Assembly (NCBI GenBank): GCA_048128005.1
Contig: JBEUKZ010000060.1
Coordinates: 124,001 to 188,000, forward strand
Length of the DNA: 64,000 nucleotides
Reading direction: 5' to 3'
Origin: Veleropilina oligotropha
Lineage: Eukaryota
A model generated the notes under the pieces. The model was given only the letters and a program-made list of their open reading frames with translations. It made no database searches and had not been told where the DNA came from. The position numbers and the translations under genes were made by a program. Positions 1 through 11,257 of this stretch are shown in pieces (within the stretch, counting starts at the first letter, position 1; each line of letters opens with the position of its first letter).

Positions 1-719
1 CAGTAGCCATTATGTTCACTCCAGTTTATCTTGTAGCATTCAATAATTTCCAGCACCATTAGCTCCTTTAAAGTTTAGGATCAAAGCATCTAGACCATTT
101 AACTACAATAAGTTAATTTATATCTCTCCCTGGAGACTTGCTCTCAAAAGTGAATAGCAACCCGGCAGTGTCGTTTAATAACACGGTAAATGATTGTCCT
201 ACAAATAATCATTGACCAAAATGCGCGATAGGCATTCTGTGTTGTTGGCTAATATGGCGGCCACTATTTACGGTTTACAACACGAGTTGAATACTACTTT
301 GACAGTATTGCTTTTGTAATAAACAGAAGCAAGTAAAGTCATGAAACGTTGATTCAGTAACTTAATGGAAAGCCACAACACTGAAAAGTCATATAATGGC
401 AGAATTTATGGCTGCCAATGTAATTTTAGATAGATCGCCAATTGGTGACCAGGGATTATTTATTAGTTGCCAACGATAAAAATAAGTCGCATATGTCACC
501 AATTATTTTGAAATATTGAGGTCTGATAGTTAACTGTCTAGATTCAACAAAGTGCTACTTAAATAATGGATGTATATGTACTAGATGTTTTCATGATTAA
601 TATAATATGTGAATGCAATACACATAGTATTTATCTGTTTAATTCAATTCAAGTTGGTGGTCAGATTTAGTGTGCACACTATTATTGCATAGATTAAGTG
701 ACAACAATGTGATTTATAA

Positions 720-1367
720 ATGATTCCAACCTACAATCCCCATAACCCGAACCTCCACAAGATCGCGTTATATCATTGGCATATCTTTGATCAGTCAGAC
801 ACAACTCGTGATGTCTTTAAGGACAAACCGCTTATAGCATACAAGAGGAATCAAAATCTTCGTGACATCCTCATCAGAGTAGCCTTTCCTAACCCAAACA
901 CACTCAACCGGGACACCCCACAAAGTACCCATGTAAAGTGTGAAAAATCCAACTGCAGCAAATGCATTTGGATTTCCAGGAAAACACATTTCCAGAGTTC
1001 CCACACCAAAAAACGTTTCAAGAAAAAAACGGTCGGTGACTGCAAATCAAAGAACTTAATCTATTTGATCACCTGCGGACTCTGCAAATCACAATATGTC
1101 GGCCAAACCAAACGAGAATTCAAGATGCGTCTTAGCGAACATCTCCGCTATGCCAGACTCAACAAAGATGAGCCGACTGGAGTCCATTACAACAAACCGG
1201 AACACTCATTCCGCAATATGGTATTCGACATAATCAAAATTGTAAACTGCGACCCCAGTCTCCCAGAGGCATTAACTCTGCGGAATAAACGAGAACAGTA
1301 CTGGATCTTCCAACTGCACACCTTAAAACCCGTCGGTCTAAACTGCTTCGATCTAACCGGAGACTAG
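720..1367 (+). mobile_element. 5'-truncated Penelope-like retroelement: C-terminal Cys-rich linker and GIY-YIG endonuclease
   Basis: Translation contains NLIYLITCGLCKSQYVGQT...RLSEH...E..WI..L.T..P.GLN, the typical PLE GIY-YIG C-terminus, preceded by AYKRNQNLRDIL and a C-x4-C-x2-C linker. No RT upstream. Confidence 0.85.
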
Positions 1368-2674
1368 TATCCCTACTTATAAATAATAAACAATTTGCAA
1401 TCCACAAACAATACTTACTGCATCATATATAGAAAGCAGCTGTAAATATGAAGTTTGTAAGATCTCTGAGGCTAAGGGAATTTTGTCCATTTTGCGGTGA
1501 CCTGGTGTCTATGAAATGGCGTCTGATTTTGAATCTTGCAGTTGGTGAAACTGGATCTGACCAGACTAATCAGGGTGACCCTATTATGACCAGAAGATCT
1601 GCTGGCCTTAGTTTGGAAACAATTTCAGGAATGTGAATTGCTGTGAGACTCAACCAGTGGCTAATTTTGAGTTTATTGAGCTATTCAACAAAATTAATGT
1701 CACTCATAAACATTTTATTAATTATTATGAATAGTTAATTGATGAATGAATAATATTTCAGTTATTGTTTTTGTCCATGAATATTTTTTTATTTAATTGA
1801 TGAATCTAGTTTTTTTCAAGAGGATTATTGAAACATATGTCAGTCTTATGACCAATATTTGTTCATGAAATAAATATTTGGCTATGACTATTTTATCATG
1901 AACACAATATTTGGGGATGTAACATTGCTTAGAGCTGATGCCAATGATTACGTATATATTTGTTTTCTGGGTAATGTGTATAAATTATAATATATATATA
2001 TATGTATTCCTCATTATAAGGTAATCAAATTGTTACAGTATTAATTTTATTTATCCAGATTCATTTTTAAATGCACATTGTTGGCAACTTGCACAACATG
2101 AACATGCATCCATTTCTATTGGAATCTAAATAAAGTAATTGACGTCAAGCATTGTTTGTGTATTTCATAAATTTTGAATTGAAGAGTTGCTTACCATGAA
2201 TCTTGTTTCACCATGATCCAGAGCTGTTAATTTTTTCACAAGATGTTGGCAGCATTATAAGTCAAACATATTTTATGTTCTGGTAATGTTGTTCATTTTA
2301 AACATTGTCAAATCATTTTCATTTGTATCATTATCAGCAACACGATTACAACATTGTTAAACATGTTTGGTAATAATTACTCGTTGAAACAGAACCTGGT
2401 GTAGAACAATGTTAGGTTCTGGAACTGTTCTTCAAATGTTCCAAGAATAGTTCTTGAATTGTATAGAATCAAAATGTTCATGACCTGTTCTTAAAGTGTT
2501 AAAAGAACAGTTCTGGAACATGTGTAGAACAAAAAATGTTCTTGAACTGTTCCAATAACTTTTCTTGAACACCAGTTCTTGTACCAAGGCTGAAAATCTT
2601 CCTGGAACATTTCCAGAACAGTTCTTGATTCACAAGAACTGTTCTAGAACATAAGAACAGATTCTCGCAGGGGA

Positions 2675-2975
2675 TTGGCATTTTAAGGATTTGGTGGCCA
2701 TATTGGACCGCCATCTTAGATTTCACAATAAAGAATTATTGGTCATTTTCCGAATACTATTTGGATTCATAGACCCCTAAAACCATGGGGTTTTGCACAA
2801 AAATCACTTTTCCGTGGTGAATAATAAAGAAGTACTGGGCATTTTAAGGATTTGGCGGCTACATTGGGCAGCCATCTTATATAATAATTTCACAATAGAG
2901 AAGTAATAGGATTTGGCGTCCACATTGGACCGCCAACTTGGATTTCACAATAAATAAGCAATGGGCATTTTAAGG
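2675..2975. repeat. Degenerate tandem repeat (ggatttggcggccatattggaccgccatcttggatttcacaat), continuing at ~21040-21830
   Basis: The same motif recurs on both sides of the nested insertions at 2986-21031. Confidence 0.7.
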
Positions 2976-3390
2976 ATATGTATAGGTTAACCAACATGGG
3001 ACTGTTGATTCTTGAAAAATAATGCACGAGGGCCGACAGGCCCGAGTGCATTAATTTTCAAGAATCAACAGTCCCAAGTTGGTTAACTTATTTAATCCAT
3101 TTTGACAATATTAGCTATTTGTTATATTTTAAACATTATTATATACATGAAATCGCCAATTTAAAAACAATACGATAGAAATTTTGTACGAATTGGGGTT
3201 TACTCTCCCAAAACTCCTGTCGGATCCCATTCCTAATTAGTTTAAGGCGCCGCTTAATCATGGTTATGAATAGACGTTTAATGTGCTCGTTAAGTGCAAT
3301 TATACCGGCATGCACGGCGAAATATTTTTGCGTCACGATGTTGTACATTTCAAAGCACGCTACATTTGGCTTCAGAATTTTGACCAGAGC

Positions 3391-3577
3391 AGCAGCAGGG
3401 GGGGTGATTTGACTTTTTAGAATGGGAAAAATAAGGCTCCCAGCACCTGTTCAGAACTGAGCTGGTATTACTGGGGGGGGCTAGGGAGTTAGGGTGGGGC
3501 CCGGGGGTGGGGGCTCCCAGCACCTGTTTATACCCGAGGGTATAGCGTGTATTACAAAAAGTCACTGTGTGTACAGA
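3391..3577 (+). repeat. Left terminal inverted repeat of the Polinton-like element
   Basis: agcagcagggggggtgatt...gtgtgtacaga matches the reverse complement of 20312-20489 with a few substitutions and indels. Confidence 0.95.
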
Positions 3578-3849
3578 GCAGGTAGCTTATGATAGTCTAT
3601 GTGTCAATGGTATTGTGTCAATGGTGTATTCATAGCCCGTGGCTGACCTAGTGCTCCCGTTATCGAGAAGCCACGTGACGATGAGTCGACGAGATTACTG
3701 TCCACCACGTAAACAAGGGGACCGATTTTTTTTTTCTGTGCTAATCGGAAGTGTGGGGACCAAAATAATGTTTCTGGACCAACTAGTTTTAACTGGGCTA
3801 ACGTCGGCGAAGTTCGCAGCTGTCGCATGAAATTTCTGTATTTCTGTTT

Positions 3850-4124
3850 GCGATTCGCCTAATAATACACGTGACCATGATGTGAAGGTATCCATGGGCA
3901 CTGTTCGACTAGGCATTCAACGCAAATGCACTGCGAGGTATTTCATTCATAAATCGGACAATGGATCGACCTGAAAAGTATGCGATTCGCCTAATACTAC
4001 ACACGACCAAGGTATCCATGGGCACGTTCGCGACTAGGCATTCGGCGCCAACAATATCTATTGATGCGAGGTATTTCATTCATAAATCGGACAATGGGTC
4101 GATGACAGCGACCTGAAAAATATG
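3850..4124. repeat. Imperfect tandem duplication, ~132-bp unit, 2 copies
   Basis: gcgattcgcctaata...ggtatccatgggcac...gactaggcattc...gcgaggtatttcattcataaatcggacaatgg occurs twice. Confidence 0.8.
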
Positions 4125-4139
4125 TTAGGTCACAGCTGT

Positions 4140-5568
4140 TTATATAAATATATAGTTACCGCTTGCTAGAGTGCAATTGCACGACGACTGTTGTCCAATT
4201 TGATTCCACGAACCCCTGCAGCCCGTAGACACCATGGAGAAGTAATGCCCGCGTTTACCACGGCATAAGGACGGCTCGGCGCACTCTATGCAAACCACAG
4301 TATGCAGCCCTCGCAATTAGGAAAAATCCAGGTCGGCAAATTTTTGCCGACCTCAAGTCCAACCAGGTCGGCACGAGGTCGGCAAATTTTTTAAAACTGT
4401 TTTCTGTTAACACAATGCTTAAATCTTGTTTAAATACATAATTTAAGAATGTTTTAACCGTTGTTTCTGTGTATATTTATCTTGAATTAATTTGCTATTT
4501 AGCCAACATGATATTGTTTACATTTTGAGCGAACTGGAAACTCCCACACGCACGGCGTCGCGCACGTGTTACTGTCTACCTCACCTGTTCGCGTGACGAA
4601 TATTGAGTAGCAATATCTTTTTTTTAAATCTCCATTTGGTAGATGATAAAGTGACAATAGAATCAGCAAATATCTGTATTTACAATAAGCGCGTGGCATA
4701 AATATATGACAGGCAGTTTCACGCTCATGAATCTTATTGCTGTCAAATTGTACACGTTATTTCTGCCCGTTGGCCGTGGTCACTAATCGCGTATCCCGCA
4801 ACGACCGATGCGCTGCGTGTTCATATAAAGTTCATAAGTCTCTAAATCTATTTAAATTAATATCTAATCATTAAATGGTGTCTTAAATTGGTTATATACC
4901 ATTTTATTAAAAAAAAGATGACCATATTGTAAGTTGGAAACAACACGAGACAATTTTCAAATCATCCAAGCGGTAAACGTATTATTTTGGAAACGCGATT
5001 TGAATCCGTGACCTAGTAATTTATAAATAGCGTACATGTGCGAATGGAGCGCTTGTGTTGAAAACTTGTGATGTTAACGATTTATTGGTGAACATTTCAA
5101 CCAGGATGCACAATATACAAAGTAGGTAAAGAGATGCAACTTAACAAGTTATGAATAAATACTGTAATTAGTATAATATATATGAACAGACCTTTTAGCA
5201 AGATAAATCGAGGTCGGCAAATTTTTGCCGACCTCGTACGCTTGCAGGTCGGCAACGAGGTCGGCATTGCCGAATGCCGACCTTAATTCCGAGGGCTGAG
5301 TATGTGGGTCGGGGGGAGCCCCCACCCCACACTCATTATCTCCGATAATAAAGTAGTGACATGAGGGTGGGGTTACATCAGGGGGGTCTCCCAGGCGTAG
5401 TCGCAAGTTTCTTCGCAAGGGGTCCAGTCGTATATTGTACCGGGGGTCATTTCGATACCTAGCCCACGTGTGTTCGAGAATTAATGCAGTGTTGTGTGTC
5501 GACGTCTGGGTGGAGACACCCCCTAGCCAGCACACCGCGGCAATGCACAGAAGTAGCATGGATTTCAT
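4140..5568 (-). pseudogene. Secreted Cys-rich protein (142 aa when reconstituted), interrupted by a MITE; possibly cystine-knot/IL-17-like
   Basis: 5568-5299 (90 codons, signal peptide MKSMLLLCIAAVCWLGGVST) joins in frame to 4298-4140 (VVCIECAEPSLCRGKRGHYFSMVSTGCRGSWNQIGQQSSCNCTLASGNYIFI*) after removing the MITE and one TSD copy. The fold assignment is inference. Confidence 0.75.
4305..5298. mobile_element. Non-autonomous DNA transposon (MITE, hAT-like CAG termini), 994 bp, 6-bp TSD AGTATG
   Basis: TIRs cagccctcgcaatta / taattccgagggctg; subterminal aggtcggca/tgccgacct repeats; agtatg at 4299-4304 and 5299-5304; AT-rich interior inside the GC-rich virus. Confidence 0.9.
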
Positions 5569-5781
5569 GGTTGTCAGATATCACTGTCCAGTTCAAGCTT
5601 TAATACGGGGGAGGGGGGTCCCCACCCACCCCACGCTCCACCTGGATAGTTAGTCGCCAGCTCCGATTTTTTTCAGCAGCTCTGCGCAACCCTCTTTACG
5701 ACCACGCTCAATAAGCTCGCTCTGGGTGTGAAATCGCGGTGTGCGCCTTTAGACTTTTGAGACGCAGGGCGGCTTTCAATG

Positions 5782-6183
5782 TCAGATACTTTCCATCTCC
5801 CCTGTGACCATTTGGAATTCATCATCAGACATCACCCCGTCCGCTAAGGCCTTTGAGACGTGGTCGGTTATGGTATTCAGTTTGCTCTCGGCCAGTACTC
5901 GGATCTCGTCGTGTTTTTTCGCCTTCACCCCGAGGCGTCGGCTAATGTATTTTCCACCCATACTAGCGAGCCCACACCCTAACGCCGCTAATTCCAGCAC
6001 TAGGACCACGGGTGCGGCAACGATTGTGGAAAGTAGACCAATTCCAGCGCTACCCATACCGAGGGTCGCCACTACCAGGGCCGAATCGATCCCGTCAACG
6101 ACGTTAACGCCTCGGCGGTATTTTTTATATAGTGCAGCTCTTGTGTCTCGTTCTCGTTCTAACTGTCCCTGAAGCTCATTCAC
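5782..6183 (-). CDS. Viral membrane protein (hydrophobic hairpin), probably frameshifted at both ends
   Basis: Long hydrophobic stretch SALVVATLGMGSAGIGLLSTIVAAPVVLVLELAALGCGLASMGG. No in-frame ATG near the start, and plausible coding sequence continues in other frames to ~5650. Confidence 0.6.
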   Translation of the reverse strand: MNELQGQLERERDTRAALYKKYRRGVNVVDGIDSALVVATLGMGSAGIGLLSTIVAAPVVLVLELAALGCGLASMGGKYISRRLGVKAKKHDEIRVLAESKLNTITDHVSKALADGVMSDDEFQMVTGEMESI

Positions 6184-6277
6184 TTTTTGCAGTCGGAAAG
6201 ACTGCCTCCGGAACTTCCGATACTACGCAATACTACGTGGCTGTATTGTTCAGCCTGTTGATTCCCCATGTCTACCG

Positions 6278-6595
6278 TTACGTTAAATACATGGTCCCCA
6301 CCCACGGGGCCTTGATGATGAAGACGAGGGTCAACCTGTCCGAATTCAGGCCAAGCTTACTTATGGAACATGCTTTGGGGCCCCCGGCGGGCTGGACCGG
6401 CGTCAGGTGGATCATTAGGAGGGCTGGGTTTAACCCAAACCGACCTCCAGCGTTTGGGATCATGAACTCCCTCTTCGCCAGCCCCTTCTTGGGCGCTTCC
6501 CCACAATTAAGAACGAAGTGCCACCGGGTTGGGGAAGAGGGCTCATCTGCAAGCAGGGGGAGGGGGGGGAGGGTCCCATAGATGCTGGCGCTCAT
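6278..6595 (-). CDS. Hypothetical viral protein, 105 aa
   Basis: ATG overlaps the stop of the upstream mCP-like gene (ATGA overlap), consistent with compact viral gene packing. Confidence 0.5.
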   Translation of the reverse strand: MSASIYGTLPPLPLLADEPSSPTRWHFVLNCGEAPKKGLAKREFMIPNAGGRFGLNPALLMIHLTPVQPAGGPKACSISKLGLNSDRLTLVFIIKAPWVGTMYLT

Positions 6596-7326
6596 TGTAT
6601 CGCAAGGACTGCGGTAATGGGCATGCCGTGATTGTCGATCGGGTTACCATCTGCATCTGTGACATACACCTTCAATTCGGTGAGTGACCCGGCCTGTAGT
6701 CGCCGGCTGGCGGGGTAGCTCTGATAGTGGCCTGCCTCACCGAACATCTGCGACGTTATAGGGACCACCGCGAGAACATTGCTCGGGGCGCCGTCCTTCA
6801 CATTGTGGGTTGTACTGAGCTGATCCAAGTGAACGTGTAGGGTCGGCGCTATGGCAAACCCGACAGGCTTGTTCCCGTCATAAGTCCCAGGGCGTAGCCA
6901 CTCGGATCTCTCCGGAGGGGGAGGTCGGCCCCGTACTCCAATGGGTGGGTTCAGATTCCCCGATTTATCGAGAATGAACGAAGAAAGGTCTAAGCCTAGG
7001 AGTTTCCTGATATCGTCGCTTATCGCGAGTCGGGTCCCCTCTGGGACCACGATTCGGGCGAGCCCTGTAGCATGGCTTACGTCTAGCTGTATGTTCTTTA
7101 GCGACCTCTTCATCGTCTTGGCGAGGTCATCGAAGCTGTAGAAACCTGGCGGCACCTCGACCGTGGTATCGGGGGTCTTAAAGAAGGCTCCGGCGTGCAT
7201 GTTGTGCCAGCCGACCCAATAGTCGAGCGACTGCAAGCTGACACATAGCTTGCCCTCCCGGTTATCAATCGGTTGAAGGAGGGCAACCGCGGTCCCATCT
7301 TGAACACTCGTTAATGTATGGAACAT
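6592..7326 (-). CDS. Probable minor capsid (penton, single jelly-roll) protein
   Basis: 244 aa, beta-rich; VPPGFYS near the N-terminus and C-terminal LKVYVTDADGNPIDNHGMPITAVLAI resemble polinton/PLV mCPs. Recognised by eye. Confidence 0.7.
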   Translation of the reverse strand: MFHTLTSVQDGTAVALLQPIDNREGKLCVSLQSLDYWVGWHNMHAGAFFKTPDTTVEVPPGFYSFDDLAKTMKRSLKNIQLDVSHATGLARIVVPEGTRLAISDDIRKLLGLDLSSFILDKSGNLNPPIGVRGRPPPPERSEWLRPGTYDGNKPVGFAIAPTLHVHLDQLSTTHNVKDGAPSNVLAVVPITSQMFGEAGHYQSYPASRRLQAGSLTELKVYVTDADGNPIDNHGMPITAVLAIQ

Positions 7327-7333
7327 AGTAGCT

Positions 7334-8613
7334 ATGGCTAAGAGCGCCTTTGCGTTTAATAGGAGTGCGGCCTATCCGAGCGGTGTGGTGTACCCAGCAC
7401 AGATCAAAGATGAGCAGCTTACGAGACCAAGCATCAATGTGGGTAATAGCTCAACCACTGCATTCGGGGCAGACTATCCCGACGTATTTCAAAAGTATCG
7501 CCTCCCACATGTCGCGAGTGACCGACTGATAAGGGCTTGGCAGACCACGCCGATGCAGTTCTGGCAGAACAAGGTCAATTTCGCAGTCTGGTGTGCTACA
7601 ACAGGTTCCGGGATCTCCTCAGAAGACCACTTGAATGCGACCGACCCCCTCTCCACTGCTGTATTCACCTTCCACGTCTACTATCAGGTCAGAAGGATCT
7701 TGACCGAGATTCAGGCCCCGCTGCCTCAAGATGTGACGTGGGACGCGTTCGACACCCCGTATGACCGAAGGGCATATGAAAAGATCTGCAGCGAATTCGG
7801 AGTGTCCCCACATACCGACTGGCGTGTCAAGGGTCCCAACGGCGGACTAGGCACCGCTTACAGCTACTGGACGAACAACGGCTACCACCCCATCGGACGT
7901 GAGTATGATCCAAGCCGAATGTCCTTCACCAAAGGTACGACCAACACGAATCTGCATGTGGACTATATAGCACAGGATGCAGGCACTTCGTGGGCTACTT
8001 TTATTCTGGACAGGTCAGTGGGGTTTACCCGGGCCGGCGTGGAGAGGCTCAATGACTCCATCAGGACCTACGTCTGGGCGATTCTTGGAGCGCAGGCTCA
8101 AACGCGTGCAGGCATTCTGGGTAGTGGGACGGCGTTTGACGCACAGAAACAGTACCTGGCGAACGTCGAAGACGCCATCGCATCGCCGGTGGACCTCCCA
8201 GCAGCAATCAAACGGTACCAGGAGGTGCTACAGTATGCGAGGTCCAAAGTAGACTTCGTCTTCGGCGTAGGCCTTTATATGGCGCCAAGTAACATGCTTC
8301 TACGGATCGGGCAGGTGGCTGGTTATAACAACGAGATCGTCGTCGCCACGGAAGACCAGACCCTAGGTCTTAATATGACTGTCAATGCGGCCAGTGTGCC
8401 GCTCAACGCCACTGGGGAGACTGGAGAAACAGGACTGGTCGTCCCACAAGACGAGGTCGCAGTCTTACGGGCAGATGCTCCGAAGCATCCAAATGCTTCG
8501 CCGGCTGTGGCCGCGGCGGGGGGGGGGGGGCAGCTGTGGCACATGACGAGGAGAAAACCGCACTTATCGTGGGCGGCATTGTCGTTGGCCTAGCGTTCAT
8601 CTGGCCTACGTGA
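7334..8613 (+). CDS. Hypothetical viral protein, ~420 aa, probably C-terminally membrane-anchored; frameshift in a G13 run
   Basis: Long ORF 7334-8593. An alternative frame after the G-run at 8518-8530 gives HDEEKTALIVGGIVVGLAFIWPT* ending at 8613. Confidence 0.65.
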
Positions 8614-9901
8614 CCCACTGTCTAGCGGCAATAAGAAGCAAGCCCCCAACAGATATAATCACAGCCCACAGATTCTCGGCGAGCCACGACGCAGTCTTGC
8701 CAACCAGATTGATTAGCCAGGAAATCAGGCTTCCAAGTATTCCGGGGAGCGCGGCTGCGGCCTTCCCCGCTAGTTTGCCTAGAATCCGTCCCAGGTTCTG
8801 CAGCTGCTTTTTGACCCACTCCTTGACCCCCCCCTGACCACTGGGAGGTGGTGGTGTTGGTGCGATGCTCGGCGCTCCGCCTGTCAGGGCTAGTACCAAA
8901 GTCGAGATGGCCAACCCAATAGCGGTCAGTATGGTTGCGATCGTAACCCCTTGCTCTCGGAAGAGGGTCCGAATACGCTCGGCCAGCATTGTGTCAGAGT
9001 GGAGAATCCGATCTAGCATCTCTCGGATCCGGCTGATTTGAGAGCGTAGGGCCTCCCGGCTGGATCCGGCTGCCTCGAGGCGAGCTGCTCGTTCATCGTT
9101 TAAGTTGCGCAGACGTTCCGCAATCCGTCGACGTACAAAATCTTCCACACCGCCCTCTTCATCTGCCTGATCGAGCTTGCTCTTCTCCAGCTCTATGTGT
9201 TCGTCCCGCGCCGTTAGTTTGGCTAAGTTGTTAGTGAGCTCGCCTCGAATGGTCTGCATCGCCTTGTCCAGCCCACGAAGCTCACGAAGATTGAATGGAG
9301 GGGGGTCCCCCTCCACAGAGTTCAAGAACTCTTCAACCTCGGCGTCGGTGAACTCCGTCTCCATGTTGTTGATCGCTGCTGAGGCCGTTGTCGCGGTCTG
9401 CCCCAAGTCCTGCAGTTCTACGTTTTCGACATTGGCCGCCGCACCGCTCAACTCATTGTTGGCTGTCTGCAGAGCTGCAACCGCTTTTGAGGACAGCTTT
9501 TGTCCCCCTTTCCCCCGCTTCTCTGGCCGCGTCCAGTGTTCAAAACCCAACCCCTTTCTGATCGCTTTACCCCCACCTCTCCGGTTAGCTAGTGTTGACA
9601 AATTGGGTTTTTTCGTTCTAGAATTGATGAGATCGATGTTTGGATATTTCTTCAGCCGCAATCCCTCCTCCTCCACGTACTCGAACTGGGAATAATCACG
9701 CCACGGGGGCGGGGTCTGCCCCTCCTCCAACAGGGCTTCGTAGTAGCCATCAACCGCGTCCTTCACTAACTCTTGCCGCTGACTGCTGGTTCCTTCCTGT
9801 GGCCGTTCCGAAAGAACAGGCTCAATCCAGTCCGTGGATCCAACCTCACCATCATCGTCGACGATGTCGGGCTCGAATGTGGGGTTCTCAAATTCCGCCA
9901 T
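8606..9901 (-). CDS. Coiled-coil protein with C-terminal hydrophobic segments (putative virion membrane protein)
   Basis: Likely start MAEFENP at 9901 (or 9940); helical middle; hydrophobic segments TIATILTAIGLAISTLVLALTGG and LWAVIISVGGLLLIAA. Confidence 0.75.
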   Translation of the reverse strand: MAEFENPTFEPDIVDDDGEVGSTDWIEPVLSERPQEGTSSQRQELVKDAVDGYYEALLEEGQTPPPWRDYSQFEYVEEEGLRLKKYPNIDLINSRTKKPNLSTLANRRGGGKAIRKGLGFEHWTRPEKRGKGGQKLSSKAVAALQTANNELSGAAANVENVELQDLGQTATTASAAINNMETEFTDAEVEEFLNSVEGDPPPFNLRELRGLDKAMQTIRGELTNNLAKLTARDEHIELEKSKLDQADEEGGVEDFVRRRIAERLRNLNDERAARLEAAGSSREALRSQISRIREMLDRILHSDTMLAERIRTLFREQGVTIATILTAIGLAISTLVLALTGGAPSIAPTPPPPSGQGGVKEWVKKQLQNLGRILGKLAGKAAAALPGILGSLISWLINLVGKTASWLAENLWAVIISVGGLLLIAARQWVT

Positions 9902-9952
9902 TTGAATACTCAAGCTGGGATACGCATCTAAATCAGCCATAGCGACAACAAC

Positions 9953-11257
9953 ATGGCCAGCACGTATGGACGCACGTTGAATCCATACCGCAGACTTCGA
10001 GAGCCTCTTGGGGTGAAAGGGGTCCGCCAGTCGGTCACGATAACGAACAACCCATCCACTATTGCTGCCAACCAGCAGCTGTTGGTTCGGTTCCCGAATC
10101 TCGGGACTCACGACGTAATCGTGCCAGGGACGGCCCACCTCGCATTTACCATTTCTCTGACCTCGGCTAACCCGAACAGAACTGTAGTTCAGAATATCGG
10201 ACGCGCCGTGATCAAAAAGACCACGATTAAGATTAGTGGGAACGAAGTCATGTCTATAGATGACTCCGACGTGTACCACTGCTACTGCGATCTCTGGAAG
10301 ACCGCAGGGGAGCGCAAGAATGCCCAATATCAGGGTATTGATACCAGCGACAGCTACAACACTACGAAGAACCGTGTCGGCGCTGAGGGCGCATTCAGAC
10401 GTTCTGAGGACACAGCTATATCGGACGCGTACGGCCCAAGGTTTCGCATCCCGCTGGACTTCGAGTTGCTGGAGAGCCACATGCCGTTCTACCAAAGTGC
10501 GTTGGGGGACCGTCTTGAGTACGAGCTTACGTTCAACGACTACTCCCGGACAATCAGGGACACCGATGACCCCAGCTCCATCTACGTCATCGACAATATC
10601 AGCCTGGAATACGACATGGTCACTAATCGTGAGCTTGCCAGATCGATAAAAAACCAATACTCGGGCCGCCTCGTGATCCTGTACGATCGTGTCCTGCGGC
10701 ATCGTAAGATTACGAGAGACAAGAGTGACACTTTGTGGAATTTAAATTTGAATGTACCGGCGAAATCCATGAAGGGTATCCTATTTCTGTTCGAGGATCC
10801 CGCGAGAGACGCCGTACCATTCGCGAGGGACACCGAGGCCTTCTACAATCCGAAGATCACGAAGGTCGAGGTCACTATTGAGGGTGTGCCGAATCAACTA
10901 TACAGCGCCGGAATGCGTTCCTACCAGATGTGGGACGAAGCCAGGAGATTCTTCACCTCCTCTCCGATCAGCAAACGCCATCCTGAGGTCGCGATGGTTG
11001 CCAAGGACTTGGCGCTGGCGGACGTCACCCTGGGCGAGTTTCTGACGAAAAAGTTCGCACTCTGGATCGACCTCAGAGTTACCGACGATGACGAGCTGCA
11101 TGGGTCAGGCCGGAAAGTAGATAACGCCAGCGAGGGCATTACGATTCAGATCACGAAGACAGGCGAAGCCGCCGGCCCGTTGAGCGTCTACATGTTCGTG
11201 ATAATGGACGCGCAGCTGCATATTGAAAATGGCCGATTTGTCACCGCGCTGTACTAG
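9953..11257 (+). CDS. Probable major capsid protein (double jelly-roll)
   Basis: 434 aa, beta-strand-rich, size typical of polinton MCPs, immediately upstream of the packaging ATPase. Not confirmed by profile search. Confidence 0.8.
   Translation: MASTYGRTLNPYRRLREPLGVKGVRQSVTITNNPSTIAANQQLLVRFPNLGTHDVIVPGTAHLAFTISLTSANPNRTVVQNIGRAVIKKTTIKISGNEVMSIDDSDVYHCYCDLWKTAGERKNAQYQGIDTSDSYNTTKNRVGAEGAFRRSEDTAISDAYGPRFRIPLDFELLESHMPFYQSALGDRLEYELTFNDYSRTIRDTDDPSSIYVIDNISLEYDMVTNRELARSIKNQYSGRLVILYDRVLRHRKITRDKSDTLWNLNLNVPAKSMKGILFLFEDPARDAVPFARDTEAFYNPKITKVEVTIEGVPNQLYSAGMRSYQMWDEARRFFTSSPISKRHPEVAMVAKDLALADVTLGEFLTKKFALWIDLRVTDDDELHGSGRKVDNASEGITIQITKTGEAAGPLSVYMFVIMDAQLHIENGRFVTALY

Noticed and set aside
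9941..10702. N-terminal ~250 aa of the 698-aa minus-strand ORF
   Set aside because: Entirely antisense to the MCP gene; most likely a shadow open frame, with the real start at 9901 or 9940.
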